Origin: Oopsacas minuta
Lineage: Eukaryota; Animalia; Porifera
Direction: 5' to 3'
NCBI GenBank assembly: GCA_024704765.1
Contig: JAKMXF010000210.1
Location: 656,121-720,120, forward strand
DNA: 64,000 nucleotides
Within the stretch, counting starts at the first letter, position 1; every line of letters starts with the position of its first letter. The translations under genes and the position numbers were made by a program. Below are positions 35,447 through 46,000 of this stretch, in pieces. Below the pieces are notes generated by a model. The model saw only the letters and a program-made list of their open reading frames with translations. It did no database searches and was not told the origin of the DNA.

Positions 35447-36154
35447 ATGCTTTCTATTATTCTGTCTGTTTCTCTGGTTATATTTTATTTGTCTCTGTCC
35501 AGTAGTCAAACTGGTATTCGTGTTGAAGATTTCGGGTACTCTTATGGCAACACTATGTCTACTGTACTTGTATTCTACATAGAACTATTCAATGAGGGAC
35601 ACACACCAGTTGAAGTTGAAGTTAGAAATGAAGAGTGTTGTCTGTCTATTGAGAAAGATGATATAGATTGTCAATCTATGAAACTTGCTACAAAAATATC
35701 CAGAATTTCACCCCTGGGCAGTCAGGGATCCACTAAGACAATAGAGTTCATGTTTCACAGTATGTATATTATGAATAGAGAAGGTGTATGTACTTTCTAT
35801 GTAATAGATCGTAGACATAAACACAAAGAACATGTTCGTATTGCCTTTAATACAATGATGCAGAACTCTATCGTCTGTAGCTCTGTTGATCTTGACACAG
35901 AGCGTAACTGTCATCCAGCGAATTGTTTGTTAAAGTACATGGGTAAGAGAAACTTCTTCAACAAGAACACTCTCCGATGTGAATCTATTGTTGAGTGTAT
36001 GACTCTATCAGCTGACAGGAGAGAGATTATTGCTTACTATAACCCCGAGACTAATATGTGTGTGAGTCTAGACGAAGGGATAGGAGTAGTGGAGAGTGCT
36101 GAAGAAGATGATTTACCTTTTCATGACGATTTGATGAGTGAGAACATATTGTAG
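35447..36154 (+). CDS. Orphan secreted Cys-containing protein (signal peptide, 235 aa)
   Basis: N-terminal hydrophobic signal MLSIILSVSLVIFYLSLSSSQ. There are 12 Cys, mostly in the C-terminal half, and no recognisable family. Confidence 0.45.
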   Translation: MLSIILSVSLVIFYLSLSSSQTGIRVEDFGYSYGNTMSTVLVFYIELFNEGHTPVEVEVRNEECCLSIEKDDIDCQSMKLATKISRISPLGSQGSTKTIEFMFHSMYIMNREGVCTFYVIDRRHKHKEHVRIAFNTMMQNSIVCSSVDLDTERNCHPANCLLKYMGKRNFFNKNTLRCESIVECMTLSADRREIIAYYNPETNMCVSLDEGIGVVESAEEDDLPFHDDLMSENIL

Positions 36155-36254
36155 TAGTTCGTAATATTCCAGATTATTCTAATCTCCTACAACGGTATAT
36201 TGTGTTATATTATTGTATTATGTGTTGATTAGTATATCTAGTGTGATTAAGCAG

Positions 36255-37097
36255 ATGGATGTTAAAATGAATTTCAGGATATACGGGCTCTGCTCCCTAG
36301 CAGCTGTTGGTCTGTACGGACTCCCTATTGTATTCCCACAACATTTTAAAAGTTTTTATCGCAAGACAGATTCCAAAGTTCCCCCAGAACTTGACACACA
36401 TGTGCGCAAGATCGCCTATTTGATGGGTTTTCTGCCCAACCAGGTGGCCAATCTAAATGTGTTCATTACCAAAGAGATAAATAGCATGTCTTTTGGGCAC
36501 TTGTCTTCTCCCTGGGGGGCTTATATCGGTCTTCCTAGACAGGTCTTGTGGACTGGTATTGATGACGTAATGAAGTCTACTCTCCATAAGAAGGGACTGC
36601 CCGTAGATTGGGAGTCTGACTTTGGGAAGAGATTAGCCAATTGTATAACTCCCTCAGGCAGTCAAACAAGTTTCCGTATTGCTCACGAACTGGCTCACCT
36701 CCAATCTAATCACTTATCATACTATCTCTTAATTACTCCTCTCCATCTCTTGTCCCTGTTTATCTTTCTAGAGTTTGGCTCACCTTATATTCAGAAAAGA
36801 TTTAAACTTACTTCAGGAGCTGTCGGCATTCCTGTACTATTGTTTTGGGTATTAGCTCTGTGCTACGACTTGAGACGAACCAGACACAAATTTGAATTTG
36901 ACGCTGATAATACGGCCGCTTCTGTTGGACGGGGGTTTGCAGAGGGTGGTATAGAGTTATTCTTTCGACAGAGACAAGTGTCTCTCTTGTTGGGAAACGA
37001 TGACGAGCATTCTACCTCAACTCACCCCAGTTGTCTTGATAGACAGAAGCGACTACAGGAAGTTATGATTAATAAATATCAGCTTACATTTGATTAG
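36255..37097 (+). CDS. M48-like transmembrane zinc metallopeptidase (OMA1/HtpX-like)
   Basis: HExxH zinc motif in IAHELAHLQSNH. The C-terminal THPSCLDRQKRL resembles the M48 (T/S)HPxxxxRI motif. Several hydrophobic helices. The first ATG is MDVKMNF (the track start is TTG). Confidence 0.45.
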   Translation: MDVKMNFRIYGLCSLAAVGLYGLPIVFPQHFKSFYRKTDSKVPPELDTHVRKIAYLMGFLPNQVANLNVFITKEINSMSFGHLSSPWGAYIGLPRQVLWTGIDDVMKSTLHKKGLPVDWESDFGKRLANCITPSGSQTSFRIAHELAHLQSNHLSYYLLITPLHLLSLFIFLEFGSPYIQKRFKLTSGAVGIPVLLFWVLALCYDLRRTRHKFEFDADNTAASVGRGFAEGGIELFFRQRQVSLLLGNDDEHSTSTHPSCLDRQKRLQEVMINKYQLTFD

Positions 37098-37165
37098 ATT
37101 TGTTCTACTATTTTTGCCAGATATTAGGACCAGAAACTAAATATAATTATAAATCTTATTAGCTT

Positions 37166-40100
37166 ATGATTAGTCAGAAATGGTACAGCAATGGATTAGA
37201 ATTGAATGAAGATGATGAGAGGAGCTACACAAGAGAGGAGTTCTCTCTATTTTCTTTTGATTATTCCAACTCATTCATTCCATACTCTGCAGAATTCTAT
37301 AAGGATACAGTTAATCTCTTCTCTATAATATTTCTATCATTTTCTGATTTCGTTACGAATCATAAAGCTATGTTTAATCTATTCAAACAACATTTAATGT
37401 TATCTGAGGAATCTGCTCTAACACACGTGTCTGTTCCCAATCTATCTCACTTACAACATTGTCACGTATTTCTGCATTTCTTAGTATACTCGCTAGCTTC
37501 TGCGTCTCCTAGAGAATGGAATAAATGTGATCTCCAGTTGTTCGGAGATACAGTATCTTCACAGCTTGAAACTGTCTGTCTCTTAGTTATCCAACTCAGT
37601 GAAGCAAACAGGTCTTCTAACATGATGATCCCCTCCCCTCACGCCCCTCAAGAAGTACACCCTTACACTCAGCTTCTTATCGACATTAAGACACACCTCT
37701 TGTTATCTCACCACTACATTACCAGACTAGTACCAGAGTATAAGAGTCATACATTTGAATTTATAAAGTATATTTGGACAGATCTGTTAGAACAGTCACT
37801 TGTCATCTTCTCTACTCACTCAGATCTGCTACGATTAAACTTCTCACCTTTCAATTGCTATTCTCATATAGAAATTTGGTGCTTGTCAGCCCAGCTGTCA
37901 GATATATTGACAGCAGATGGCCAGGTGTCTGGCTTTTGGAATTTATTTATTCCTACTCTCCTCTCATTTTCTGATTCTATTTCTTTACCTTTGGAGAAAA
38001 ACAAGTTTGTTTGGTGGTTATTAGTTAACCTTTCAAGAGTGTTACCTCTTTATATGCATAAACATCAAATAAGTTGTTGGGAGCTCTGTAGGGACTGTGT
38101 TATTACTTTAGCTAATCTACAATCTGATTCTAGTTCTCCGCAGCTAGCATTCTCTCTATGGAGTATAATTAAGCTATCCAAGTATTGGGGACAATCAATG
38201 GATTCTGTTATGCTATTATGGGAATCGTTTAGTAAGAAATTGGGAGATATGACCAATAACACTAATCATAAGGCAATGTCTGTAAGAAACATATCTGAAT
38301 TGAGATATCACATTATCAATAATCCCTCAGAAGTAAATAATCCCCTACAAGTTTCATCTTTCGAACTTTTTCTGCGATTTTTCTCTCTCCAATTTAGTCT
38401 GGTCGAGGAATTGCCTACTGATTACTGGAAGCGATATAAAGGTAGGTTTTACTCAAAACTCTCATTTCGCCGGCTACAAAATCTTAAATCAGATTCTATT
38501 CTTAATCTCTATCTGCTTACATTTGTTCTTGGCTACAAAACTGATGCTGATGACGTAATTGACAAATCGAGTGAATTATTTCTCAAACTGTTATCAAACT
38601 CTTCTTCTGTCGTCCCGTCAGCTACGCTGTTGTTAATTTGGGAATCTTTGTTTGGACTTTTCCATGTCTTTACAGATAAGGCAATCAGTTTATCGAACTA
38701 CCTCTCTAAGATTCTACCCAAACTCTGTGAGTACCAGAATATTGCCATGTTTGATGCTAATTATGCCAAGTTACATTGGGAAGTTTGTAATTTGATGTGG
38801 CTTGAGTTACCAGAGCTTAGTAGCTGTCCGGAGCTAATCCATTCTGTATTGGAGGTTCTGCAGGAGTTATACGTCTCGCACTATTCTGCATTCCATAAGG
38901 AGCATATTGTTGTTACAGCTCTTAATATTACTCAAGTATTGATAAGTATATATAACTTGTTAGTTGATAACTCATCTGTAAGAGAAACTTCTGAGAAGGT
39001 ATGTCTGTTTCTTTGGGAATTTGGCTACCCTAACTGGAGACAGGATCATCTCTCAGTCTCATCCGTCCCTGAAATGGGACCTCTTATCTCTCGTCTCATT
39101 CTCCTCTCTATCATATCTGAGTGTAATCCTGTTGTGAGCTTCAGCGATGTAGTTAAAGAAGTTTTGTTCTGTAACAACTTGCCTTGTCAAGTCGGGTGTC
39201 TTTTTATACAAGGTTTTATCTGTGAAGAAATCGGTAGGCGACATGTTTCGCAACATTTGATATTCATACAGCTGTTCACCAAAGCTTGGGTGCTGTACAT
39301 AATACAAACTCACAGATACCCACAATTTACTCCTTCTCTCATTGCATGCACCAATCTGTTGAGGACCCTTTCAATCTTTGGACAGACAACTACTGTCAGC
39401 TGTCTTTCTGACGTCATTATTATTTTCGAGTCTCTCTTGAAACAAATTACACTGACTGGAGAGAGCTACAGAGACTCTCAATATTTCTTTATTTCAGAAT
39501 TCTTAGAGTGGATTGAGCCTCATCTCTGCGACCCGAGCACTTCAAAGGAATGTTTATTCGCGATATACAGATTATCTTATAGTCTGGTGCGGTACTGTCC
39601 AGCTGTAATTTACAGTCACACTCAGACCAATTGCATCCTACCCAGACTCATTGAATACCTCTTCTTCCCTACACATTCTCTGTCCAAGCTTCCTCACCCA
39701 GCACACCTAGACTGTGTGAGAGGATTCCTCATAGAGTTCTTGTCCAGTCTATTTATGCTGCAGTCAGAAACTGACCAGTTTATTCAGCGAAAAATACGAC
39801 AACTATTTTCTAAATATTTTTATCGATTCCAACAACAATCTCAAGGAAACGTTCTTGTTTCTTCCAAAGACAATCCTTTCCTATCTCTGTTTGATTCGGA
39901 CTTGGTTACTGAGCAGAATTCATTTCCAACTAATCTACACCCTGCATTGTGTGCTCTCTCTGTTATACGGGGATTGTTCTTAAAACTTCCTCAGCCTCCG
40001 ACTACTCTCATACAGACTCTGCTTTTCTTGCATAAAATGACAGATATTGCTTCTAACGAGCTCTTAGCTAGTTCTGGAGAACACTTACTCTTTCCAATGC

Positions 40101-40453
40101 TCGGTTGTCTGCTAGCTTGTAACGAATGTCCTACCAATAGAGAACCCCAGCAAATTAGAGAGCTAGCTGAAACTGTTATTCAGAGGATCCTAAGAGCTGT
40201 CACAAGGATGACAAGTATCTGTCACAGACATAAGTTAGTCGAATCTATAACTACTTTTGTTGCAGCGAACATGCCTTCTTGCCATGGAAAGGTATTCACT
40301 ACTTTAAGGATAATTGCTCAGATAGATCCGCATCTCATAGCTCTTTGCATCGGAGAGTTCCGCTCTCTGTTACTAGAGTTTGAGAAAGGTAATCCTAAAG
40401 TAGCAGCAGAAATACGAATAGAACTGAACAGATTAGAGAGTATATTGAAGTGA
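37166..40453 (+). CDS. Large uncharacterised alpha-helical (HEAT/ARM-like) protein, 1095 aa, single exon
   Basis: Uninterrupted 3.3 kb ORF with an ATG start. The sequence is Leu-rich and helical throughout, and I recognise no catalytic motif. Confidence 0.45.
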   Translation: MISQKWYSNGLELNEDDERSYTREEFSLFSFDYSNSFIPYSAEFYKDTVNLFSIIFLSFSDFVTNHKAMFNLFKQHLMLSEESALTHVSVPNLSHLQHCHVFLHFLVYSLASASPREWNKCDLQLFGDTVSSQLETVCLLVIQLSEANRSSNMMIPSPHAPQEVHPYTQLLIDIKTHLLLSHHYITRLVPEYKSHTFEFIKYIWTDLLEQSLVIFSTHSDLLRLNFSPFNCYSHIEIWCLSAQLSDILTADGQVSGFWNLFIPTLLSFSDSISLPLEKNKFVWWLLVNLSRVLPLYMHKHQISCWELCRDCVITLANLQSDSSSPQLAFSLWSIIKLSKYWGQSMDSVMLLWESFSKKLGDMTNNTNHKAMSVRNISELRYHIINNPSEVNNPLQVSSFELFLRFFSLQFSLVEELPTDYWKRYKGRFYSKLSFRRLQNLKSDSILNLYLLTFVLGYKTDADDVIDKSSELFLKLLSNSSSVVPSATLLLIWESLFGLFHVFTDKAISLSNYLSKILPKLCEYQNIAMFDANYAKLHWEVCNLMWLELPELSSCPELIHSVLEVLQELYVSHYSAFHKEHIVVTALNITQVLISIYNLLVDNSSVRETSEKVCLFLWEFGYPNWRQDHLSVSSVPEMGPLISRLILLSIISECNPVVSFSDVVKEVLFCNNLPCQVGCLFIQGFICEEIGRRHVSQHLIFIQLFTKAWVLYIIQTHRYPQFTPSLIACTNLLRTLSIFGQTTTVSCLSDVIIIFESLLKQITLTGESYRDSQYFFISEFLEWIEPHLCDPSTSKECLFAIYRLSYSLVRYCPAVIYSHTQTNCILPRLIEYLFFPTHSLSKLPHPAHLDCVRGFLIEFLSSLFMLQSETDQFIQRKIRQLFSKYFYRFQQQSQGNVLVSSKDNPFLSLFDSDLVTEQNSFPTNLHPALCALSVIRGLFLKLPQPPTTLIQTLLFLHKMTDIASNELLASSGEHLLFPMLGCLLACNECPTNREPQQIRELAETVIQRILRAVTRMTSICHRHKLVESITTFVAANMPSCHGKVFTTLRIIAQIDPHLIALCIGEFRSLLLEFEKGNPKVAAEIRIELNRLESILK

Positions 40454-40611
40454 GATATATGAATTGTATCAATCATTGTGTGTATATTCAAGTTTGTTTT
40501 GAATGAATCATATTACGTACATATTAATTTTGGCATTTTCTTTACTCTTCATAAACTATTCGCAAATCTACTTTTACCATTCATTTCAGTTCTATTCTAT
40601 TTGGAATTGCA

Positions 40612-41610
40612 ATGCAGTTTGCTCCTCGTTGGGTTAGATACTCACTAACAAATCGTCGTAACTTATGGATAGTTCTTTTCCTTGCTTTGGTAATTGTCTC
40701 TGTTTGGTATTTGAAGACTCCATCATTGGGGACAGAATCTATGGAGCTGCCAGAGGAATTGAACGAAGTGCTTTTTGAGACGGAATGTTTTTCTCATAAC
40801 CCGTATGTTCTCTTTTTCAACCGAATACCTAAGTCTGGAAGCACCACTCTACAAGATTTCTTTCGTACTTTGTCAAATTTAGTTGACGTGGAGACAGACA
40901 TCTACCCAGAAGGCGCGACCAAATGGACTCTATCGAAAATAGAAGAAGTAGAGAATCGCGCTATGGCTCTATTAAAACGCGCGAAATTGATGCACGGTGG
41001 GCACGGTATGGACGGTTACTCTCCTCGAGGCATTTATATTCAACATTTCTACTACACAGAATTTCCTGGGTTGTCAGCATTTGGAATGAACTACGGCTAC
41101 ATTACTTTAGTGCGAGAGCCTGTGGATAGGGTTATATCTGCTTACTATTACTATCATTTTACTAAGAATTTTAAAATACCAGTTGAAGATAAAATGACTT
41201 CTCTCTCTGATTGTGTTAAAAATGAATTGTATGGCTGTGAGGCTAATATAATGACTCAGTATTTCTGCGGGCATGAAGACAGCTGTGTCTCTAAGAATGG
41301 AGACCACAAGTACGCGCTCTACACTGCTAAACAGAATCTGTTAAAATATATCGCAATAGGTCTCACTGAAGATTTCTTATCCTCAATCAAACTATTTCAG
41401 AAATTATTACCAGACATTCTTCCTCGGTTTGTTGAGCTACCGACCTCACTGAAGAAGCAGAATGCTAATGAAATCGATTACAAGAAAGATGTCTCTGAGA
41501 GTGACAGAATACTAATTAGAGAAAAAAACGTTTTAGATATACAAATATATGCTTTCGCAAAAGACTTGTTTGATGCGAAACTTAAGGAGTGTAGTATTTC
41601 AGGAGAATGA
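40612..41610 (+). CDS. Heparan sulfate 2-O-sulfotransferase / uronyl-2-sulfotransferase family, type II membrane protein
   Basis: N-terminal signal anchor, then the PAPS-binding motif LFFNRIPKSGSTTLQ (HS2ST has YNRVPKTASTSF), with a sulfotransferase fold downstream. Confidence 0.65.
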   Translation: MQFAPRWVRYSLTNRRNLWIVLFLALVIVSVWYLKTPSLGTESMELPEELNEVLFETECFSHNPYVLFFNRIPKSGSTTLQDFFRTLSNLVDVETDIYPEGATKWTLSKIEEVENRAMALLKRAKLMHGGHGMDGYSPRGIYIQHFYYTEFPGLSAFGMNYGYITLVREPVDRVISAYYYYHFTKNFKIPVEDKMTSLSDCVKNELYGCEANIMTQYFCGHEDSCVSKNGDHKYALYTAKQNLLKYIAIGLTEDFLSSIKLFQKLLPDILPRFVELPTSLKKQNANEIDYKKDVSESDRILIREKNVLDIQIYAFAKDLFDAKLKECSISGE

Positions 41611-41717
41611 TCTTTTGATAGAATTGTAATTATTTCTTTATTTTGCTATATTATAAGTAATTAGTTTTTAAATAACATGATTTGTACCTTTATGCTTATT
41701 TCTAGGGATCTTATTAG

Positions 41718-42959
41718 ATGGCTACAGTAGCAGTAGGACCTGAAATAGAACCACTTGAAGATTCTATTGAAAGAATTAAAGCGGAAGTTAGAGGAAAGTT
41801 TGCAGAATTTGTAGAACGGGTGCTAGCAAGAGAAGCAGCTCTTCTGGTTAAACTAGATGACATATTTGCCATTCGAAGAGCACAAATAGAAGAATTTCAA
41901 GGAAGGAAAAGAGAACTAGAAGAGATGCGAAATCAGAACAAATCTAATCTAAGGTATGAAGAGCTGAGATCTATGCAATCAGAATTTATGAATAAGATTG
42001 AAACCAAAATAAAAGAATTAGAACACCAGCTGGTCAATTCTTTCGTTCATTTTGATTGGAGTTCCAATATTTTCAATGAACTGTCTGAGCTGGGCAATCT
42101 TCATGTGCTGGATAAATATACATTAACTCCAAAAGTTGAATACACTCACAAACAGGAAGTTGCTTTAAAGAGAAGCAAGGTAGGAGATCTGGAGGGAGAA
42201 TTGTACGGACCGCGAGTTATCTGTATAGATCCTAAAAGCAATAATATATTTATCTCTGAACATAAGAATAATCGAGTTCAAAAGTTTGATAGAAATGGAA
42301 ATTATTTAACAACTTTGGGAAATGGTAAAATGAAAGCTCCTGACGGAATAGCTATTCATAATGACCAGATATACATTGCACAATATGAAGGAAATCATGT
42401 ACAGGTCTATTCCCTTCTCACAGATAAATTTGTTGGACGGATCGGAGAGAAGGGATTTGGACGAGGGCAATTGGATTGTCCTACTGGACTCGCTATCAGT
42501 AAGAAGAATAGTTATCTGTACGTATGTGACAGGAAAAACTGTAGGGTACAAGTGTTCGAGCAGGGAGGTGAATACAGATCTAAATTTGGCAGCGAAAATT
42601 TAAATAATCCAACGGACATAAAGATGACTGGAGAGGAGATATTCGTGTTGGATGAGGCCAATCCCTGTATCCACGTGTTTAATTACGCAAATGAGTGTGT
42701 AAGGTCTCTAATCACCAATGGACCTAGAGAACAAACTCTAGACCCATTTTGTTTCTGTTTCGATTTAGATAGAAACTTTTATATTACCGATTTTGACAGG
42801 AATTGCGTATCTATTTTCAATCCAATCGGCGAATCCCTCGGCCAGATCGGTTCTCATACGTCAAGAGTTCTCTATACACCTTCTGGGATTGCTATAGATA
42901 TGCTAGGCAGACTAATTGTCATCGACAGGAGTAACAACGGTTGTATTAGATTTTTCTAA
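41718..42959 (+). CDS. NHL-repeat protein with N-terminal coiled coil (TRIM-NHL C-terminal-like, no RING/B-box)
   Basis: Coiled coil over residues 1 to 120, then six NHL blades (PRVICIDPKSNNIFISEHKNNRVQKFDRNG, PDGIAIHNDQIYIAQYEGNHVQVY, PTGLAISKKNSYLYVCDRKNCRVQVF, and so on). Confidence 0.7.
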   Translation: MATVAVGPEIEPLEDSIERIKAEVRGKFAEFVERVLAREAALLVKLDDIFAIRRAQIEEFQGRKRELEEMRNQNKSNLRYEELRSMQSEFMNKIETKIKELEHQLVNSFVHFDWSSNIFNELSELGNLHVLDKYTLTPKVEYTHKQEVALKRSKVGDLEGELYGPRVICIDPKSNNIFISEHKNNRVQKFDRNGNYLTTLGNGKMKAPDGIAIHNDQIYIAQYEGNHVQVYSLLTDKFVGRIGEKGFGRGQLDCPTGLAISKKNSYLYVCDRKNCRVQVFEQGGEYRSKFGSENLNNPTDIKMTGEEIFVLDEANPCIHVFNYANECVRSLITNGPREQTLDPFCFCFDLDRNFYITDFDRNCVSIFNPIGESLGQIGSHTSRVLYTPSGIAIDMLGRLIVIDRSNNGCIRFF

Positions 42960-43072
42960 TTTCAAACCAAAAGAACACAAATAACCTAATAATATAGTCC
43001 GTACGTATATATGTATTATTATTATTATTATTTTATTCAATTTCAATTTGGAAATTTACTTGTAATTTATAA

Positions 43073-46000
43073 TTATAATCGATTATTTCTGCTTCTTATC
43101 CAACTAACGACCTCGCTTAAGTAAGTTAATCCAGCTGAAGCTGCTATACTGTCAAACACTTCAAAATGAGTTGACAGCTTGTCATTAGATAGTGTTTTCG
43201 AGTACTGCCCTGCACAAGGACAGAACTGTGACATGTGGTCTGCCTTGACCTGATTACACTTAAGACAGACCAGATCCTGAAGTAAATACGTCCTTGATAG
43301 ATTCTGTACTATCTCTACAAGTTCTGTTTCGATGAAGTCTCGATTGTAAGGCTGTCCACATGTACATTTCCAAATAATCCAACCACTTCTCTCATCATAC
43401 ATGTTGTTAGCATCTCGTATCACATCCAAATCCCTCGCGTAATCGCAATAGTTACACACTATCTGCGGTAGGACATAAGACCTACAGGGATTATTGAATA
43501 CGCCTAGTTTGGAGAATTCTCCTACATTCAGCAATTTCAAGAGGTCGCGTTTTATCTTAGTTATTTGTGATTCTAAGTTGGAGTCAAGGGAAATTATCTT
43601 GCATATTATTTTGACAAAATTAAGGAGATCAGACTTTCCTTGTGTTTCTGAGTAATTACGGTCTTGTCTGACGTCATACACTATTTTATACATTTGTTGA
43701 CTTATCACATCTTCCACTCGTTGAATTGTGTAATTTAACACACTCATTCCAATGGCAGACGGCTGTTGTGAGGAAGTTTTCTTAAGAATGGGGGTCTCTC
43801 CTCCCCTGGTTATATTGTACTCGTCATGTGCGTGAGTATAAATATCTGTGATATGCTCTTCTATCACTCTGCTAAACATTTGCTTGTAATCTGGGTCATT
43901 GGCCAAGTAATCTTGTAGATTCCATCGCATGTCAAGTTTTCTTTCTTCAGAAATGAGCTCGTTCTGAGTTGTTTCTACAAGCACACCTCCGTAATTGGCA
44001 GTATCCATCCACAAGAGATATTCCCAGCACTGCACATGTTCCAGTCCAACATAATGAAATAAATCTTTATTATGAATACTGCTAAGAATAAACTCTGAGT
44101 ATGATAGAGCATCTTCTATCTTCTTCTTTCTAGTACTAATCACGAGTTTGTTAAAGGAAGCGTATATAATGCTGGCTCCCAGCCTTTTGAACTCTGCGAT
44201 GAATTGCATGAATATCTTCTTCATCAGTTTGTGTATCATCCTACAGAGTCCGGGCTCGTAGAGTAAAGAAGAAGGAGACTTTAGCCAACGATAGAAATGT
44301 TGTTGTAGAATATCAGCCATCTCGTTACCCTTATGGATATCTTTAACCCAGCTCCATACCATAGACCTGAGGATTTTAAATGTAGGCGAGCAGAGTGCAG
44401 CTTCGTCGAATGAAGATAGAATGTTGCTCGAGCTGACTCCACTCTCAAGCATTTCTTCTAGAGAGGCTTGAGGGATAAAGTCAAAGCTGATGGAGGATAC
44501 AGTTCCTCCTTCATAGTCATTGATATGAGAGGATTGGAGAATAGCAACGAGGGCAAGAGAGTGCACTGCAAACTCAATGCATACAGTAGCATAAGTGCCA
44601 GGATTGTTTAGCTCCACCTGTTTTACTTCGTTGGGATTTGAAAGGAAACGGAAATCAGTTTGTTGTTTTCCTCCCAAGTCTGGATCTGGTGAGCGGGACA
44701 CCCAGAGTAAATGGTTATTACGTGTAAGGTTTCGCGAGAAATAAATATCTACCAAGAACCCAAGTACATCCTGTGAAATATTTCCTACTGGAACACCTCC
44801 ATAACGTGAGAGCTGCTTCTGTAGTTCAAAACTGTGTAATGAAACAAGAAAAGAAGAAAGCATTGATTTGGCGGCTACTCTCTGCCAATCTAGAGCTGGG
44901 TAGTTGTTATCACTGTCACTGAACGCAAGTTGAACAAGAGGAAAGTCTTTGAGAGAATGAATGGATTTGGACAGCTCGCTACGGGATAAGCTAGTTTGTA
45001 ACAAAACTATTGTAGGTCCTTTCTTCTCTCGGTTGTACTCACCTAACAATTTATCGATATGCTTAAATGCTTGTCTGTACTCTGTGTCAACTCTAGCTTC
45101 GAAAGAATATTCTTGTTGTGGTAAGGGGTTAACTTGACCCGTGTCATTAAATGACTGCCATTCATTCTCGTAAACTTTTGAAAGATTCGAAAGTTTGTTT
45201 TTCCTAATTGTGTCCAGGATAAAAGTATGACATTTTCTAACTCCTGTAACAAAGATCCCGATAATTCCTCTAGATTCCTTCCCACTCTGGTACAAATAAA
45301 TAATTTTCATTTCTTTTCGTAAATAATTTGATTCTGTTTCTTGCTTTGAGCTGAGATGATGAAGTTCAAACACATCGACCTCTCCGCTAGCCACCGATCT
45401 TGTGAACTCTTTGTTTACGCTACAAACACAGCCAAACTCCTTTATTATTCTGAACATCAGAGGAACTTGAGTTTCATAAATACCTTCGACATTAGGCCCA
45501 GAAAGTTGCATCGTCCATGAGCTAATCTGCTCGATGAAATGTCTTTCTGGAATTCTAAATTCGTAAAGATATTTGGCTGGACAGGAGCGTGGTAGGTGCT
45601 TATTCACTTTTCTACAGACACTTCCTTGCAGCTCAAAATCTTCAGGGGCCTTGCAGTTAATGTAGAATATTCTTGGAATCTGTAGCTTGATTGTGTGTAG
45701 ATCTCTGCCCAGTAATACCCATAAGATGAAACGCCCGGGTGTTAGGTCTTCGCAGATCTCAATAATCTCCCAAGCATCCTCTCCGAGAGAGATAGTTTGC
45801 TTCCTCAGAAAGTCAGTCATATTTCGGTGAGTTGGTTCACTTTCTATTGACATGCCGAGTATTTGTCGCTCAACACCCTGAGAGGCGCTATGGCTTTTAG
45901 CAAGTTTACGGTTTTTTCTTTGTATCTGCCATTTCTTTTTGTGAAAACTTACCCAATCTTCCATCTCTTTCTTACTGGTTCCTATTGATGGAGGGTTACC

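Noticed and set aside
45043-45285. 80-aa minus-strand ORF, and other short + ORFs (46424..46630, 47495..47677, 48611..48829), within POLE
   Set aside because: They are alternative frames or antisense to the 2222-aa POLE ORF. AT-rich sequence gives frequent short open frames.
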